From: Armatimonadota bacterium
GTDB taxonomy: Bacteria > Armatimonadota > Hebobacteria > CAIYQO01
Reading direction: 5' to 3'
NCBI GenBank assembly: GCA_029553475.1
Contig: JAKPKV010000077.1
Location: forward strand, 6,082-70,081
Length of the DNA: 64,000 nt
Shown in pieces: positions 10,895 to 20,060 of the stretch. The position numbers were made by a program, and so were the translations under genes. Below the pieces are notes generated by a model. The model was not told where the DNA came from. It saw only the letters and a list, made by a program, of their open reading frames with translations, and searched no databases. Each line of letters opens with the position of its first letter. Positions within the stretch are counted from its first letter, which is position 1.

Positions 10895-10995
10895 CGTTCG
10901 TAGTCGCGCCGCAGCCGCAGCAAGGCGCGTCCGGATAGGCAATCCGGTGTAGAAATGCGACGCGCCTTGCTGCGGCTGCGGCGCGACTACGAACG
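10895..10995. repeat. REPIN (left): perfect 37-bp inverted arms containing GTAG, with a 27-bp spacer
   Basis: cgttcGTAGtcgcgccgcagccgcagcaaggcgcgtc at 10895-10931 and its reverse complement at 10959-10995. Confidence 0.95.
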
Positions 10996-11041
10996 ATGGA
11001 GTTTCCATACTGATCCGAAGAAGAAACACAGGAGGTGCAGC

Positions 11042-11635
11042 ATGTATAGCTACCGCAAGATGTCACCGGAGGAGAAGGTTGAAGCGCTGAAGTATCGCCA
11101 CCTGATGGGCTTTCCCCTGCATGAGCCGCCCCATATTGAACACGACAATCCCATGTATCTGATTACCGCGGCGACGTATGAGCACCGAAAAATTCTCACG
11201 CCGGAAGCGCGACGAGTCTGGCTTGGGCGAAAACTATTCGAACATCTTACATCCATGCGAGACTGCCGTGTGTATGCCTGGGTGATTCTCCTCAACCATT
11301 ATCATTTGCTCCTGCGCGCTTCATTATCTGCCCTCCGCATAGCACTTGGAAAAGTGCATAACGCGGCATCATCGTCATGGAATCGTGAGGATGATGCCGT
11401 CGGACGCCGGGTTTGGTATCGTTTCGCTGATCGTGCCATTCGGAATGAGCGCCATTTCTGGGCAACGGTCAATTATCTTCATGCAAATCCCGTGCGGCAC
11501 GGACTTGTTGCCGCCTGTGACGCCTGGCGATGCAGCAGCGTCCACCTCTACCTTGAAGAGCATGGTGAAGCCGTCATGTTGGAACTGATGCGCGCCTACC
11601 CGACACTGGATTACGGGAAAGGTTGGGACATCTGA
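11042..11635 (+). mobile_element. REP-associated tyrosine transposase (RAYT, HUH/Y1 family)
   Basis: GGAGG RBS. 'YLITAAT', HUH motif 'LLNHYHLL' and catalytic 'NYLHANPVRHGL...W..SS'. Lower GC than neighbours and flanked by REPINs. Confidence 0.92.
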
Positions 11636-11654
11636 ACCGGAAACGAGAGTCATT

Positions 11655-11754
11655 CGTTCGTAGTCGCGCCGCAGCCGCAGCAAGGCGCGTCGGATTTGCA
11701 CACCGGTTTGCCTATCCGGACGCGCCTTGCTGCGGCTGCGGCGCGACTACGAAC
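11655..11754. repeat. REPIN (right): same arms as the left REPIN, spacer in inverted orientation
   Basis: Arms at 11655-11691 and 11719-11754. The reverse complement of the spacer matches the left spacer at 23/27. Confidence 0.95.
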
Positions 11755-11771
11755 CGATTTTCACGCCAGGC

Positions 11772-13982
11772 TCATCGTATCAGCCGGAACACCCGCGTCT
11801 CCGGCGCGTCCAGCGTGAATTGGATCCTCTCCACGCCCCGCGCCATCAGCTTGCCGCTCACGATGTCCTCTACGTCATACGTGCCGGGGAGATGAATGGT
11901 CTTCTCGCCGCTCTGGATGGAGTGGAGAGCGACAACTGAACTGTCGGCGAGCAGGATGTCGTTGCTCTCGCAGTAGACGTGGGCGCCGGCGGCGCGGGCG
12001 AGGCCGCGCCAGAGGTCGGCGGGCAGCGGCACGGCGGTGGTGAAGACGGAGGTCCAGCCGTCCATCTCCTTCACCGAGAGGCCGCTGTAGGTCTTGCCCA
12101 GCTTCGTCCACGCCAGCCCCAGCGAGACGCCGTCCGTGGGGTAGAGCACCGGGCCGTAGGAGAGCGGGCTGCCGTAGATGACGTCGGCGGCGAGGCCGGC
12201 GGTGATGGGGTGGTCAAAGCGCTGGATATGCACGCGCCGGGTGAAGTTGATGTCCAGCATGTCGAAGGTGAAGCCGGTGAGGCGCGCGGCGTGCGCCGGG
12301 CTGATCGTCTCCCCGTCGCTGATGCCCGACCCCGGCCCCCACAGCACCACGCGGCCGTCGCGGAAGACCTTCTCTCTGAGCACGGCCAGCTTGGCCTCCG
12401 TCACGCGGAACAGCGTGGGGAAATAGCAGACGCGGTGGTCGGGGAACCGGTCGAGCAGCAGGTCTTCCAGCAGGTAGATGCGGTAGGGCACGCCGCAGCG
12501 GCTGATGCCGAGCTTTTCCTCCCACATCACCGCTTCGTTGAAGTAGTTGCCGGCGCCGTTGGTGTCCAGCGCGCCGGCGTCGTCCAGCACCATGGCGATG
12601 CCCGGCACGTCGGCGTGCTCCCATTCCACCGAGCGCTTCAGCGCCGCCACCGAGCGCCCGATGGTCTGCTGAATCTCGGCGTTGGAGAAGAAGTAGCCGC
12701 CGGCGATGTCCATCCAGTAGCCGTTGAAGCCGCGGGTCAGCGCCGCCGCCGTGCTGCGCCAGGAAATGGCGTCGAACTCCTTCGCGTCGCGGGCGGTGCC
12801 GTAGGCGGTGTGCTCGCGGTCGTCGTGATAGGTGCGCAGGTCCAGCTCCGCCATGAAGTATTTGCCGCGCAGCACGGTGGAGTCGGCCGCGCCCTCCGGC
12901 TCGGTGGTGCCGCCGGCGCCGCGCACCTGGTAGTCAATGGGCGTCACCAGTCCGTCGCAGCCCGGCTCGCTGATGAGGTCGGCCACCCCGATGCTGCCGG
13001 AGCCGGCCATCACCTCGGGGAAGGCCAGCGGCCAGGGGAAATTGGCGTCGAAGAAGCCGTAATTCGACCAGCCCATCATCGGCTGCTTGAAGGTGTCGGA
13101 GAGGAAGATGCGCTTGCGGTCGGTCGCCGCGCGCTGCGCCCGGAAGACCTTCTTCGCGCCGGCGCCCAGCAGCGCCTGCTGCAGCAGCATGTAGTCGCGC
13201 AGCGGCGCGTTCTCCCGGCCTGCCTGCCAGTAGCGCAGCGCCGACACTTCCTCGACGGTGCCGCGCAGCTTGTCGTTCGGCACGGCGATCGTCGCCAGCG
13301 ACAGGCTCTCGTCGCCGTACGCGGCGCGCAGGGCGGCGTCGCTGCCGTAGCGGTGCGTGAGAAATTCGCGCCACTTCGCCGTCATCGCCGGGCCGTGGTC
13401 GAAGAGCCACCCGCCGAACAGCGGCGGCCAGGTGCCCTCGCCGTCGAAGCCGAACCAGTAGGCGATGATGCGCCCGCCCCACGGTCGGCTCTCGCAGTAC
13501 TGCACCATCGCCTGCAATCCCGCGGCGAAGACGTCCCAGTAGAGATCGGAGGCCAGCGAGGGGTGGTCAATCCTCTCCCCCGCCTCCGTCACGAAGAGCT
13601 GGTCCTCGTGCAGCCGCCGCCAGGAGGGCGTGTGCGTGGGGCCGTTGCGGATGATGAGGTAGGCGCCCGGATCGCCGTCCAGGATGAACGCCGCCTGCGC
13701 GTCCATATCCACCGCGAACTCCGCCGTCGGCGTCGCCGTCACCGTGTCGCCCTCAAAAAAGGGCGAGTCGCCCCACGCCGCCGCGTTCTTCACCTGCGGG
13801 ATGCCCAGCATGTAGGCGCCCATCCCGTGCGGGAAGAACCACGGCACCGCCTTCCGCAAAATATCGCCCCGCCAGCTCACCGGGCTGTAGGTGGGCAGCG
13901 CCGTCGGCGCCCCGTCAATGAACACCGTGGGCTTCCCGCGGTAGCGGCGGACTTCCGCTTCGGCGACGTAGCTGCTGGCCAT
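11772..13982 (-). CDS. Putative glycoside hydrolase (clan GH-A-like / beta-galactosidase-like)
   Basis: GGAGG RBS before MASSY. 'GFDGEGTW' acid/base-like motif, 'AKWREFLTHRYGSDAALRAAY' as in GH42, and a GATase-like C-terminal domain. Confidence 0.6.
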   Translation of the reverse strand: MASSYVAEAEVRRYRGKPTVFIDGAPTALPTYSPVSWRGDILRKAVPWFFPHGMGAYMLGIPQVKNAAAWGDSPFFEGDTVTATPTAEFAVDMDAQAAFILDGDPGAYLIIRNGPTHTPSWRRLHEDQLFVTEAGERIDHPSLASDLYWDVFAAGLQAMVQYCESRPWGGRIIAYWFGFDGEGTWPPLFGGWLFDHGPAMTAKWREFLTHRYGSDAALRAAYGDESLSLATIAVPNDKLRGTVEEVSALRYWQAGRENAPLRDYMLLQQALLGAGAKKVFRAQRAATDRKRIFLSDTFKQPMMGWSNYGFFDANFPWPLAFPEVMAGSGSIGVADLISEPGCDGLVTPIDYQVRGAGGTTEPEGAADSTVLRGKYFMAELDLRTYHDDREHTAYGTARDAKEFDAISWRSTAAALTRGFNGYWMDIAGGYFFSNAEIQQTIGRSVAALKRSVEWEHADVPGIAMVLDDAGALDTNGAGNYFNEAVMWEEKLGISRCGVPYRIYLLEDLLLDRFPDHRVCYFPTLFRVTEAKLAVLREKVFRDGRVVLWGPGSGISDGETISPAHAARLTGFTFDMLDINFTRRVHIQRFDHPITAGLAADVIYGSPLSYGPVLYPTDGVSLGLAWTKLGKTYSGLSVKEMDGWTSVFTTAVPLPADLWRGLARAAGAHVYCESNDILLADSSVVALHSIQSGEKTIHLPGTYDVEDIVSGKLMARGVERIQFTLDAPETRVFRLIR

Positions 13983-14133
13983 GCTGTTCCTCCGGAAAAG
14001 GTGATGCTGCTCGTATTCGCGGCGCGCGGGCCATCGCCTTCTTCCGCCGCGCACACCGGCGATTCCACTGGACACCGGCCGCGCGCTGGGGTATCCTACT
14101 GACCAGACCGTGAACCGCGAGGAGAACGACCCC

Positions 14134-14901
14134 ATGCATATGCGCCCCAGCCGCGTGCTGCAGATGCTGCGCGCCGGCGAGACCGTCTATACCTTCAAGC
14201 TGAACACGAACGACCCGCGGGTGGCGGAGATGGTCGCCATGAGCGGCTTCCCGTGCCTCTGGCTCGACCGGGAGCACACCACCGGCGACTGGTCGGCGCT
14301 GGAGATGCAGATTTACGCCGCGAAGGCGCATAACGCCGACGTGATCGTGCGCGTCCCGCGCGGGCCGTACAGCGACTACAGCCGCCCGCTGGAGCTGGAC
14401 GCCGCCGGCCTGATGGTGCCGCACATCATGAGCCTGGCCGACGCGCGGGCGGTGGTGCGCATGACGCGCTTCCACCCCCTCGGCCGCCGCGCGGTGGACG
14501 GCGGCAACGCCGACGGCGCCTACTGCGGCGTGGAGTTCACCCAATACCTGCGGGAGGCGAACCGACAGCGCTTCATCTGCATCCAGATTGAAGACCCCGA
14601 GCCGCTGGAGGAGCTGGACGCCATCTGCGCGCTGGAGGGGGTGGATATCATCTTCTTCGGCCCCGGCGATTTTTCCCACGGCATCGGCGACCCCGGCAAT
14701 TTTGCCAGTCCGCGCCTGCTGGAGGCCCGCCGCCGCGTGGCGGAGTGCGCGCTGCAGCACGGCAAGTGGGCGGGCACCACCGGCTCCCCGGAGACCGCCG
14801 AAGAGCTGCGCGCCCTCGGCTACCGCTTCATCAACATCGGCGCCGACGTGCACGCCATCTGGGGCTACTGCCGCGAAAAACTGGCGGGGGTGGGGCGGTA
14901 A
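14134..14901 (+). CDS. HpcH/HpaI aldolase family protein
   Basis: 'WLDREH', 'VRVP', 'LMVPHI', 'QIEDPE' and 'FFGPGDFS'. Confidence 0.9.
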   Translation: MHMRPSRVLQMLRAGETVYTFKLNTNDPRVAEMVAMSGFPCLWLDREHTTGDWSALEMQIYAAKAHNADVIVRVPRGPYSDYSRPLELDAAGLMVPHIMSLADARAVVRMTRFHPLGRRAVDGGNADGAYCGVEFTQYLREANRQRFICIQIEDPEPLEELDAICALEGVDIIFFGPGDFSHGIGDPGNFASPRLLEARRRVAECALQHGKWAGTTGSPETAEELRALGYRFINIGADVHAIWGYCREKLAGVGR

Positions 14902-14936
14902 ATCGTACTCGTCATCGTCATCGTAATCGTCATCGA
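14902..14936. repeat. Hexamer tandem repeat (CGTCAT/CGTAAT)n
   Basis: atcgtactcgtcatcgtcatcgtaatcgtcatcg. Same family at 23749-23896 and 52291-52557. Confidence 0.8.
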
Positions 14937-15005
14937 ATTCTCTCACGCCAAGCCGCCAAGGCGCGAGCAACTGGTGGAAAGAATGGCAACGGGCGTTGGG
15001 TCATG

Positions 15006-15839
15006 CTACCACGCGATAAACTCCGGCTCCACCGGTTGCGGAATCACTCCGGCCTCGTATGCCCGCGCCAGCAGCGCCCGCACGGCGCGGCGGCCGCGGT
15101 CGCCGTAGTCCTGCGTCACCGCGTTCACATACATGCCGACGAAAGTGTCCGCCTTGCCGGGGTCGAGGTCGCGGGCGAATTGCAGCGCGTAGGCGAGGGC
15201 GTCCCGGCGGTGCTCCAGCGCGTAATCAATGGCGCGGCGCAGGTCGCGGGCGACCTGGCGCTTCACCGCCGCCGGCAGGTCGCGGCGGATGCCGTTGCCG
15301 CCCAGCGGCAGCGGCAGGGCCGTCTCCGCCTTCCACCACACCCCCAGGTCCACGTGCTGCGTGAGGCCGTGGTCGGCGTAGGTGAGCTGCCCCTCGTGGA
15401 TGATCACCCCCGCCTCCGCCTCGCCGGCGGCCACGGCGGGGAGGATGTGATCGAACGGCAGCACCGTCGTCTTCACGCCGGGCAGGTAGAGCCGCAGGGC
15501 GAGGGCGGCGGTGGTGAGCGCGCCCGGGATGGCCACGGTGATGTCCGCCAGCTCCTCGCGCGTCAGCGCCCGACGGGCGATGATTTTTGGCCCGTAATCC
15601 TCGCCAAAGCTCGCGCCGCAGGGCAGCAGTTGATAGCGGTCGGCCAGGTAGGCGTAGGCGTGAAAGGAGAACGCCGTCACGTCGAAGCGGCGCTCGAACG
15701 CCCACTCGTTCAGCGTCTGAATATCGCGCAGCGCATGGGTATAGCGCAACGCGCCGGTGGCAATCTTCTCTTGCGCCAGCGCGTAGAACATGAAGGCGTC
15801 ATCGGAATCGGGGCTATGGGCGACGGTGATGGTGCGCAT
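15006..15839 (-). CDS. mqnD: 1,4-dihydroxy-6-naphthoate synthase (futalosine pathway, MqnA/MqnD family)
   Basis: 'AHSPDSDDAFMFYAL', 'DIQTLNE', 'IPGALTTA', 'IIHEGQLTY' and 'LPLPLGG'. Confidence 0.85.
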   Translation of the reverse strand: MRTITVAHSPDSDDAFMFYALAQEKIATGALRYTHALRDIQTLNEWAFERRFDVTAFSFHAYAYLADRYQLLPCGASFGEDYGPKIIARRALTREELADITVAIPGALTTAALALRLYLPGVKTTVLPFDHILPAVAAGEAEAGVIIHEGQLTYADHGLTQHVDLGVWWKAETALPLPLGGNGIRRDLPAAVKRQVARDLRRAIDYALEHRRDALAYALQFARDLDPGKADTFVGMYVNAVTQDYGDRGRRAVRALLARAYEAGVIPQPVEPEFIAW

Positions 15840-15928
15840 ACGCGTCCTCAATGATCGGGTGTGATAGGGTCTGCTTTCCGCGCGAGGGGGAGATTCCCCT
15901 GCCGCGGCAGTGATCCGGCGCGGCAATT

Positions 15929-16065
15929 CGGGCGGGCGAGCGTCCCCGCGAGCCGACGCCGGGAGGAAATGATGGTGCGTCGTGTTCGGAAGAGAGGTTT
16001 TCTCGCGAATACGACGGATAAGCCTTCCCCCCCGGCGTCGGCTCGCGGGGACGCTCGCCCGCCCG
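15929..16065. repeat. REPIN/MITE-like foldback with perfect 35-bp arms (GGGCGGGCGAGCGTCCCCGCGAGCCGAC family)
   Basis: Arms at 15929-15963 and 16031-16065. Homologous copies at 45658-45790 (inverted, spacer also homologous) and 29497-29605. Confidence 0.9.
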
Positions 16066-16122
16066 GCGCATCGTCGCGGCTGTGCTGCGGACAGGTCTGG
16101 TCGCTGCGGAGTCCATGCGCTG

Positions 16123-16229
16123 TGCCACATGACGCCCGCGTTGTCCGGTATCCGGTCCGTCGGCCCGCTCCGGGGAGTCCACGCAGGTGGACTTCGTGGC
16201 TCCAGCCCCGGATTTCAATCCGGGGGACG
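16123..16229. repeat. 107-bp two-hairpin dispersed repeat, copy 1
   Basis: About 95/107 identical to the reverse complement of 47275-47381. Confidence 0.88.
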
Positions 16230-16265
16230 CTGACCGGGAACGCGGGGACGCTCGCCCGCCCGGGG

Positions 16266-17051
16266 TTACGCCACTGTGCTCAGAAACTCGCGGATGGCGG
16301 CGTTCGCCCGATGGGGCTGCTCCAGCGGGGCGAGATGGCCGGCGTCCGGGATGAGCTGGAAGGCGGCGCCGGGGATGGCGGCGGCGAGGGCGCGCATGCC
16401 GTCGGGGGGCGAGACGGCATCTTGCTCGCCGCAGAGCACCAGCGTGGGCAGGCCGATGTGTGGCAGCAGCGCGGTGCGGTCGGGGCGCAGCGCCATGCCC
16501 AGCGTGAGCTGCGCCAGCCCCTCGGCGGGCTGTTCCAGCGCCTGCCGCTGCATCTCTTCGACCAGCGTGGGGCACGTTTCGCGGGTCGTGGCCGCGAAGA
16601 GATCGTTCACGCGGTCATGCAGGATCGCCGGCCCGTGTGCGCGCAGGCCCGCCACCGTCTGGCGGCGGCGCTCCGCCTGTTCGGGGGTGTCGGCCTCGGC
16701 GCGGGTGTCGGCGAGGACGAGCGCCGTCACCCGTCTCCGGTGATTGGCCACAAGCGAGAAGGCCACGTAGCAGCCGACGGAGACGCCCATCACCACCGCT
16801 GCCGCGATGCCCAGGTGGTCGAGCAGCGCCGCCATGTCGTCCGCCAGCAGGTCCATGGTATACGGCCCGTCGGTCACCGCGGAGCGCCCGGTGCCGCGGT
16901 AATCGGGGATCACGAGGCGCGCCGCGTCATCCAGCCGGTGCTGCGCGCGAAAAAACCGCCCGTCAAACGGAAACGGCGCCAGGCAGAGCAGCGGCACGCC
17001 GCGGCCCAGGTCTTCGTAAAACAACGCGGTCTGTTGATGGGGAAAGAACAT
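16266..17051 (-). CDS. Alpha/beta fold hydrolase
   Basis: 'PDYRGTGRS', nucleophile elbow 'GVSVG', 'GEQD' and 'AGHLAPLEQP'. Confidence 0.9.
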   Translation of the reverse strand: MFFPHQQTALFYEDLGRGVPLLCLAPFPFDGRFFRAQHRLDDAARLVIPDYRGTGRSAVTDGPYTMDLLADDMAALLDHLGIAAAVVMGVSVGCYVAFSLVANHRRRVTALVLADTRAEADTPEQAERRRQTVAGLRAHGPAILHDRVNDLFAATTRETCPTLVEEMQRQALEQPAEGLAQLTLGMALRPDRTALLPHIGLPTLVLCGEQDAVSPPDGMRALAAAIPGAAFQLIPDAGHLAPLEQPHRANAAIREFLSTVA

Positions 17052-17063
17052 CGTTGATCTCCT

Positions 17064-18101
17064 TTATGACGGGAACGCTTCCCGCAGCCAGCGCAGCCAG
17101 TTCTCGCCCATGATGCCGGCGACGGCGGCGGGCGGATACCCGGCGGCGGCCAGCAGATCGGCGACGCGGGGGAGGTCGGCGGCGCTGTCCAGCTCGCGCG
17201 GGATCACCTCGCGGCCCACGCCGCCGTCCAGGTCGCTGCCCAGCGCCAGGTGGCGCGGGCCGACGAGCCCGCTGATGTGCGCCACGTGCGGCAGCAGGTC
17301 GGCGAGGGAGACGGCCTCCTTCGCGTCGCCGTCGCGCCAGTCCGCGCGGATGAAGCGATTGTACAGGACCAGCCCGATGATCCCCTCCCGCGCGGCGAGG
17401 GCGCGGATCATCGCGTCGCTGAGCTGGCGGTCGGTGGGCACCAGCGCGCGGCAGTTGGCGTGGGAGGCCGCCACCCGCCCCGGGAAGATGTCCAGCGCCT
17501 CCCGGCAGGCCTCCTCCGCCAGGTGGCTGATGTCCAGCGCCACCCCCAGCCGCGCCATCTCGGCCAGCAGCGCGCGGCCCGGGTCGGTGAGCGGGCCGGG
17601 GGCGCCGGTGCCGCCGGCGTAGCGGGTGGCGCCCCACGCCAGCCCCACCATGCGCACGCCCCATGCGACGTAGTGCGCCAGATCGTCCGGCGCCCGCAGC
17701 GGGTCGGCCCCCTCCATCAGCAGTATGAGGCCGGGGGCGGGCAGCGCACCGGCAATCACGCCCTCCAGCTCCGCGCGGGAGCGGATGACCGTCACCGCGC
17801 CGCGCGCGGCCAGCTCATGGTAATACGCCACCTGCGCGCACCCCTGCGCGTAGGCCTCCTCCGGCGTGCGATAGCCGGCGAGGCGGGTGGGTGACTCGCC
17901 ATACGGCGTGGCGTACACGGTCGCGCAGACCACCCGCACCCCCGCCGCGCGCAGCGCCGGCAGGCTCACGGTGGCGGTGCCTTCGCCGTGCGCGGGCGTC
18001 ACCCCCTCCGCCGCGCGGATCTCCGCCAGCGGCGCGGTGAGGTCGCGCCCCAGCGTCAGCGCGTTCCACGCCAGGTCTACATGGCCGTCAATGAGCAGCA
18101 T
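17064..18101 (-). CDS. Membrane dipeptidase (peptidase M19); alternative start at 18161
   Basis: 'IDGHVDL', 'LMEGAD', 'LDISHL', 'ASHANCRAL..RQLSD' and 'GSDLDGG'. Confidence 0.88.
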   Translation of the reverse strand: MLLIDGHVDLAWNALTLGRDLTAPLAEIRAAEGVTPAHGEGTATVSLPALRAAGVRVVCATVYATPYGESPTRLAGYRTPEEAYAQGCAQVAYYHELAARGAVTVIRSRAELEGVIAGALPAPGLILLMEGADPLRAPDDLAHYVAWGVRMVGLAWGATRYAGGTGAPGPLTDPGRALLAEMARLGVALDISHLAEEACREALDIFPGRVAASHANCRALVPTDRQLSDAMIRALAAREGIIGLVLYNRFIRADWRDGDAKEAVSLADLLPHVAHISGLVGPRHLALGSDLDGGVGREVIPRELDSAADLPRVADLLAAAGYPPAAVAGIMGENWLRWLREAFPS

Positions 18102-18173
18102 AGACGCGTACTTCGCCCGCGAGCCGGCCATCCCTGTCGCATCCGGCGACAAGGCGGCCATGCCCGCGGCACT

Positions 18174-19484
18174 TCACACCCGCCCCTCGCGCTTCACCGC
18201 CAGGTAGCGGTTCACCACGGCGACGGCGAGGTCGCTGGGGGCGGCGTCCACGGTGAGGATGCCGCGGCGGTGGAGGGTGGCGAGGGCGAGCTGGCGGTCC
18301 TCCATCACCGAGACGGCCACCGCCTGCTGGTAGAGGCCGGTCTGGTTGGCGGGCATGCCGGTGACGATGCCGCGCAGCTCGTAGTCGCTCAGCGCCACGC
18401 AGAGCACCAGGTGCTGCGGGTGGAGCAGCGCCAGGCTGTCCATGAGCCGCTTGGAGGAGTCGGGGTCAATGAGATCGGTGAAGATGATGATGAGCGAGCG
18501 CTTGCGCACGTGGTGCGCCAGGTGGGTGAAGGCACCGCGGTAATCCGGCTCCACCTGCCGCGGCTGCAGCGGGTAGAGCTGGTCCAGCACCAGCGGCAGT
18601 TGGCCGGCGCCCTTGCCCGGCGGCATGAACGCGGCGATGGTATCGGCAAACGCCATCACCCCCACGCGGTCCTGAGACTGTCCCGCCACGTAGGTGAGCA
18701 GCACGGCGGCGTTGATGGCGTGGTCCAGCTTCGTCATGTAGTCCAGGTGGCTGGCCATCGCGCGCCCCAGGTCCAGCACGATCATGATCTGCTGGCTGCG
18801 CTCGATGTCGTATTCGCGCGTGACCAGGTTGCCGCGGCGGGCGCTGGCCTTCCAGTCCACCCGGCGCAGCTCGTCGTCCGGCAGATAGTCGCGCAGCGAC
18901 TCGAACTCCATCCCCTGCCCGCGCAGGCGCATGGCGCGCAGGCCCATCTGCCGGGTGCGCTGCTGGCGGGTGAGGAGGTGCTGCTGCTTCGTCTGCTGGA
19001 TGTTCGGGTAGACGCGCATGGTATCGCCGTGCGCGTAGACGTATTGCCCCACCCACAGCCCCAGCGGCGTCTTCACGCGCACGGTGAGCGGCCCGAAGGG
19101 GTAGGCGCCGCGCTGCAGCGGGGTGAGGTGATACGAGGCGGTGAGCTGGCCGAACGGCGGCACCGTGCCCGCGGCCTGCGCGCGGTCGGCCTCCGCCTGG
19201 TCGGGGGTGGCGTCGCGCAGCGCCAGCCGGAAGGGGAAGGCGGTGGGGTTCTCCACCACCAGCGTCACCAGGTTCGGCGCGCCCAGCGAGAGGATCTCCT
19301 CGTGCTCGCGCCGCGCGGTGAGCGCTTCGGCCTGCCGCAGCAGGAACAGGTCCGTCACCAGCAGCAGCGCCAGCAGGCCGTCTACTCCGATGCCGAGCCA
19401 GAGCAGCACCGGCCACACCGGCGCCGCCAGCAGGCACAGCCCGCCGACCGCCATCCAGACCAACGCCAGCACGCTCGGACGCAT
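18174..19484 (-). CDS. DUF58 domain protein (vWA-like, MoxR-associated)
   Basis: 'GMEFESLRDYLPDDELRRVDWKASAR' and 'IIFTDL'. Confidence 0.88.
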   Translation of the reverse strand: MRPSVLALVWMAVGGLCLLAAPVWPVLLWLGIGVDGLLALLLVTDLFLLRQAEALTARREHEEILSLGAPNLVTLVVENPTAFPFRLALRDATPDQAEADRAQAAGTVPPFGQLTASYHLTPLQRGAYPFGPLTVRVKTPLGLWVGQYVYAHGDTMRVYPNIQQTKQQHLLTRQQRTRQMGLRAMRLRGQGMEFESLRDYLPDDELRRVDWKASARRGNLVTREYDIERSQQIMIVLDLGRAMASHLDYMTKLDHAINAAVLLTYVAGQSQDRVGVMAFADTIAAFMPPGKGAGQLPLVLDQLYPLQPRQVEPDYRGAFTHLAHHVRKRSLIIIFTDLIDPDSSKRLMDSLALLHPQHLVLCVALSDYELRGIVTGMPANQTGLYQQAVAVSVMEDRQLALATLHRRGILTVDAAPSDLAVAVVNRYLAVKREGRV

Positions 19485-19557
19485 CGGGTCTCCTCCCCGT
19501 ACCAGATTTCTTAGTCATTCCGCGCCGATGGCGAAGTTCCTTGTTGCGCGCGCGTGC

Positions 19558-19764
19558 GGGTGTCCGCAAAGCTTGTGCGCTTCCTTTTCGACCGGCGCTC
19601 ACCTCTCCCCCCGCCCCCCTCCCCTATATGGGGAGGGGGAGTGCGTGGCCATGCGACGACGGGCTGTCGTTTCGATCCGGTTCCCCCTCCCCGTCCGTGC
19701 AGGGGGAAAGGTGAGCGCCGCAGGGGGAAGCATCAGTGCGGTCTCACAGTTTTTGCATGCACCC
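19558..19764. repeat. Long imperfect foldback element with conserved outer shell, copy 1 (copy 2 at 60667-60814)
   Basis: Shared 'agcttgtgcgcttcctt(t)tcgaccggcgctc' and 'gagcgccgc..ggggaagcatcagtgcggtctcaca'; the interior hairpin varies. Confidence 0.88.
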
Positions 19765-20036
19765 GCGCGTGCGGGTGTCCGCACACTATGTGAGCTATTG
19801 TGCCCGTCCGATCGCCTTCTGGACAATGCGGGCGACGTCGCGGGGTGACAGGTCCGGCGGACGCGGGACGGCAACGTGCCGAGAGCCTGGCGCGAGAACC
19901 GGGGCGTGCGCCGGCGGCACCCGCGTCATCCACCGTCGGCTGTCCGAACCTTGATGGGAGAGATTTACATGATGATTGGCGGGGTGTCGAAGTATGGGGC
20001 GTTCGTGTCGAACACGGGCTGAAGGCTTCCACCCCG

Positions 20037-20060
20037 CGCGCCGCGGAGGGCGCGGGCTAC
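20037..20060 (-). repeat. Single GTAG REP (GTAGCCCGCGCCCTCCGCGGCGCG)
   Basis: One mismatch to the REP arms at 53894-53919 and 53983-54008. Its TAG is the stop codon of the CDS at 20057-20593. Confidence 0.8.

Noticed and set aside
10955-11041. N-terminal extension of the RAYT ORF (MRRALLRLRRDYER)
   Set aside because: It is a translation of the REPIN arm; the GGAGG RBS supports the start at 11042.
10895-11754. CRISPR array (36-37-bp repeats with 27-bp spacers)
   Set aside because: The repeats are inverted rather than direct, the two spacers are homologous and no cas genes are present; these are REPINs.
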